From Phoronis australis (lineage: Eukaryota > Animalia > Phoronida), in the NCBI GenBank assembly GCA_002633005.1, contig NMRA01000399.1, positions 257,288-321,287 of the forward strand: 64,000 nt of DNA. The letters are read 5' to 3'. Every line of letters begins with the position of its first letter. Position 1 is the stretch's first letter. Shown here piece by piece: positions 62,475 through 64,000 of the stretch. The notes under the pieces are model-generated. The model ran no database searches, was not told where the DNA came from, and saw only the letters and a program-made list of their open reading frames with translations. Position numbers and translations under genes: made by a program.

Positions 62475-62765
62475 CCATCATCACCACCACCATCACCGTC
62501 ACCATTACCATCATCATCATCACCACCATCACCATCATCATCACCATCATCACCATTACCATCATCACCATCATCATCATCATCATCGTCACCATTGTGC
62601 CTATTACTTGAACAATGTTGAATATACCTTTAAGAGATTGACGCCAAATATATAATCATTATGAGCATTGTCATAATTATTACCATAGACATTGTCGTCT
62701 TCATCTTCATCGCCATCGTTACATTATCATCGTCATCATCATCTTCATCATCACCATCATCACCA
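62475..62765. repeat. (CAT/CAC)n trinucleotide low-complexity tracts in a collagen intron
   Basis: Read directly. Explains the poly-His, poly-Ile/Thr and poly-Ser ORFs. Confidence 0.9.
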
Positions 62766-62871
62766 GATTTAATTTGGACCAAGACCTGTACCCCCATCAG
62801 CGGCATTTATCTGCCGACTTTGTTACTGCCCCACTCTTCGTTTCTGTTATAGTAAATGTGTACGTTTCCAG

Positions 62872-63015
62872 GGGACAATTCAAGACCTCATCATCGTACC
62901 CGGACCTGAGGCAGCGTACGAACACTGTGAGCTGTATACTCCAGACTGTGGACACAAGTTTGCAAGTAACAAAACAGGAACCCAGGCTTTCACCAACCCC
63001 AAATATGCCGGACTT
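62872..63015 (+). CDS. Collagen V/XI-like exon 5, TSPN end (GTIQDLIIVPGPEAAYEHCELYTPDC...)
   Basis: tttccag| in phase 0, matching 'GDIQQ...AAYDYCEHYSPDC'. Donor |gtacgt. Confidence 0.9.
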
Positions 63016-63497
63016 GTACGTACTGGAGACATTATGCTGACCGTCACGTTTAATACAAGCTAGCCTTGACGCAAAGCTGAAGACTAACATACAGCTGGCT
63101 GTATTTTGACGCTAGTCTTCATACAGCTAGCTGGCTGTCTAAATACAAGCCAGCTGTCTACTTATGGGGATGTTTGTAATGAGTGGCCTTAAAAAGTGTA
63201 GTTCGGGTGATTTAATTCTCTGTAAGATGACTAAAATGCCTAACGATTTCCAAAGCTAACATATTTTTCATCATTTCTGTAATGAAAATAATCTGGGTTG
63301 GTGAAGATTATTTTGAACGGAGCGGATTATTTGCCAGTCTGAACACATCAATTCTGATCCACGTATGCATTCCTAAAGATCATCGTTGAGGAAGGATACG
63401 TAGATTATAGATACGTAGAAGCGTGGCATTTTTCAAAATGTATATCACGTGATTATGATTGGTGTTGCTATAAGCGTAATGTTGTATTTTACTGCAG

Positions 63498-63599
63498 GAA
63501 AATTCAGGAGCGGGAGATACGGCACTCGCTCAGTCCGGGGGAGCGGCCGGAGCCGGCCGTGGTGACATAGATTATACCTACCCATTGTATAGCGGCGGG
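63498..63599 (+). CDS. Collagen exon 6, variable region (ENSGAGDTAL...DYTYPLYSGG)
   Basis: actgcag| and |gtacgt, 102 nt, phase 0 to 0, Gly/Ala/Tyr-rich. Confidence 0.7.
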
Positions 63600-64000
63600 G
63601 TACGTATTAACTAATTAATAACAGGTTTGAAAATCACACTTTCACGCCTTCATAAAAGACAGTATTGGTTTTACGATCGGCATTTTTGTTAGATGGAATT
63701 GATTCTTGAAGTTATTAGCTTTGACCTGAGCTGCATGTTGTGTCTTGTGATTTTATTACAAATTGCCAACTCTTTGCTGTTGTCTGCCAGACATTCGCTG
63801 AAATCAAGGCCATGTCTAAATCATTTAAATACGCTTATTCACCTCTTTCACGAACGCGGGGCGCTGCTGTCGTGTTGATCGAAAACGAGGCGCCTTGACA
63901 AACATGGCATCGTCCTGCAAGGTGGTGTGGTCAAAAGACTTATCAACGTTACCAAAAATCAAGTTGTCTGATGTTGAATCGATCTCCAAAAAACATACCA

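Noticed and set aside
62374-62655. Poly-histidine ORF as a metal-binding protein
   Set aside because: It is the translation of a (CAT/CAC)n microsatellite in the intron between collagen exons 4 and 5.

Overview
Repeat-rich, AT-rich genomic DNA from a eukaryote, probably a marine invertebrate (lophotrochozoan-like, an inference), in a draft scaffold with three N gaps and two single-N joins. Three spliced protein genes were rebuilt by hand from GT-AG boundaries with matching phases. (1) The 5' part of an RGS3-like gene on the minus strand, encoding a C2 domain across 8 exons (12205 to 238) and running out of the window. (2) A minus-strand protein kinase with all subdomains present and an atypical LNDIKNDN catalytic loop (about 27.6 to 24.3 kb). 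(3) The 5' part of a collagen V/XI-like gene on the plus strand, with a signal peptide and TSPN domain (43.9 kb to the window end). The window also holds a tandem tRNA-Ile(AAT) cluster showing progressive decay, a 5'-truncated RNase H-bearing LINE with TSDs, a young Harbinger-type element, several MITE families, a large foldback in collagen intron 1 and many minisatellites. The least explained object is a GC-rich 220-nt element at 21432-21651 that folds into nested G-U-rich helices and contains an HDV-ribozyme-like sub-fold. No CRISPR or prokaryotic system is visible.
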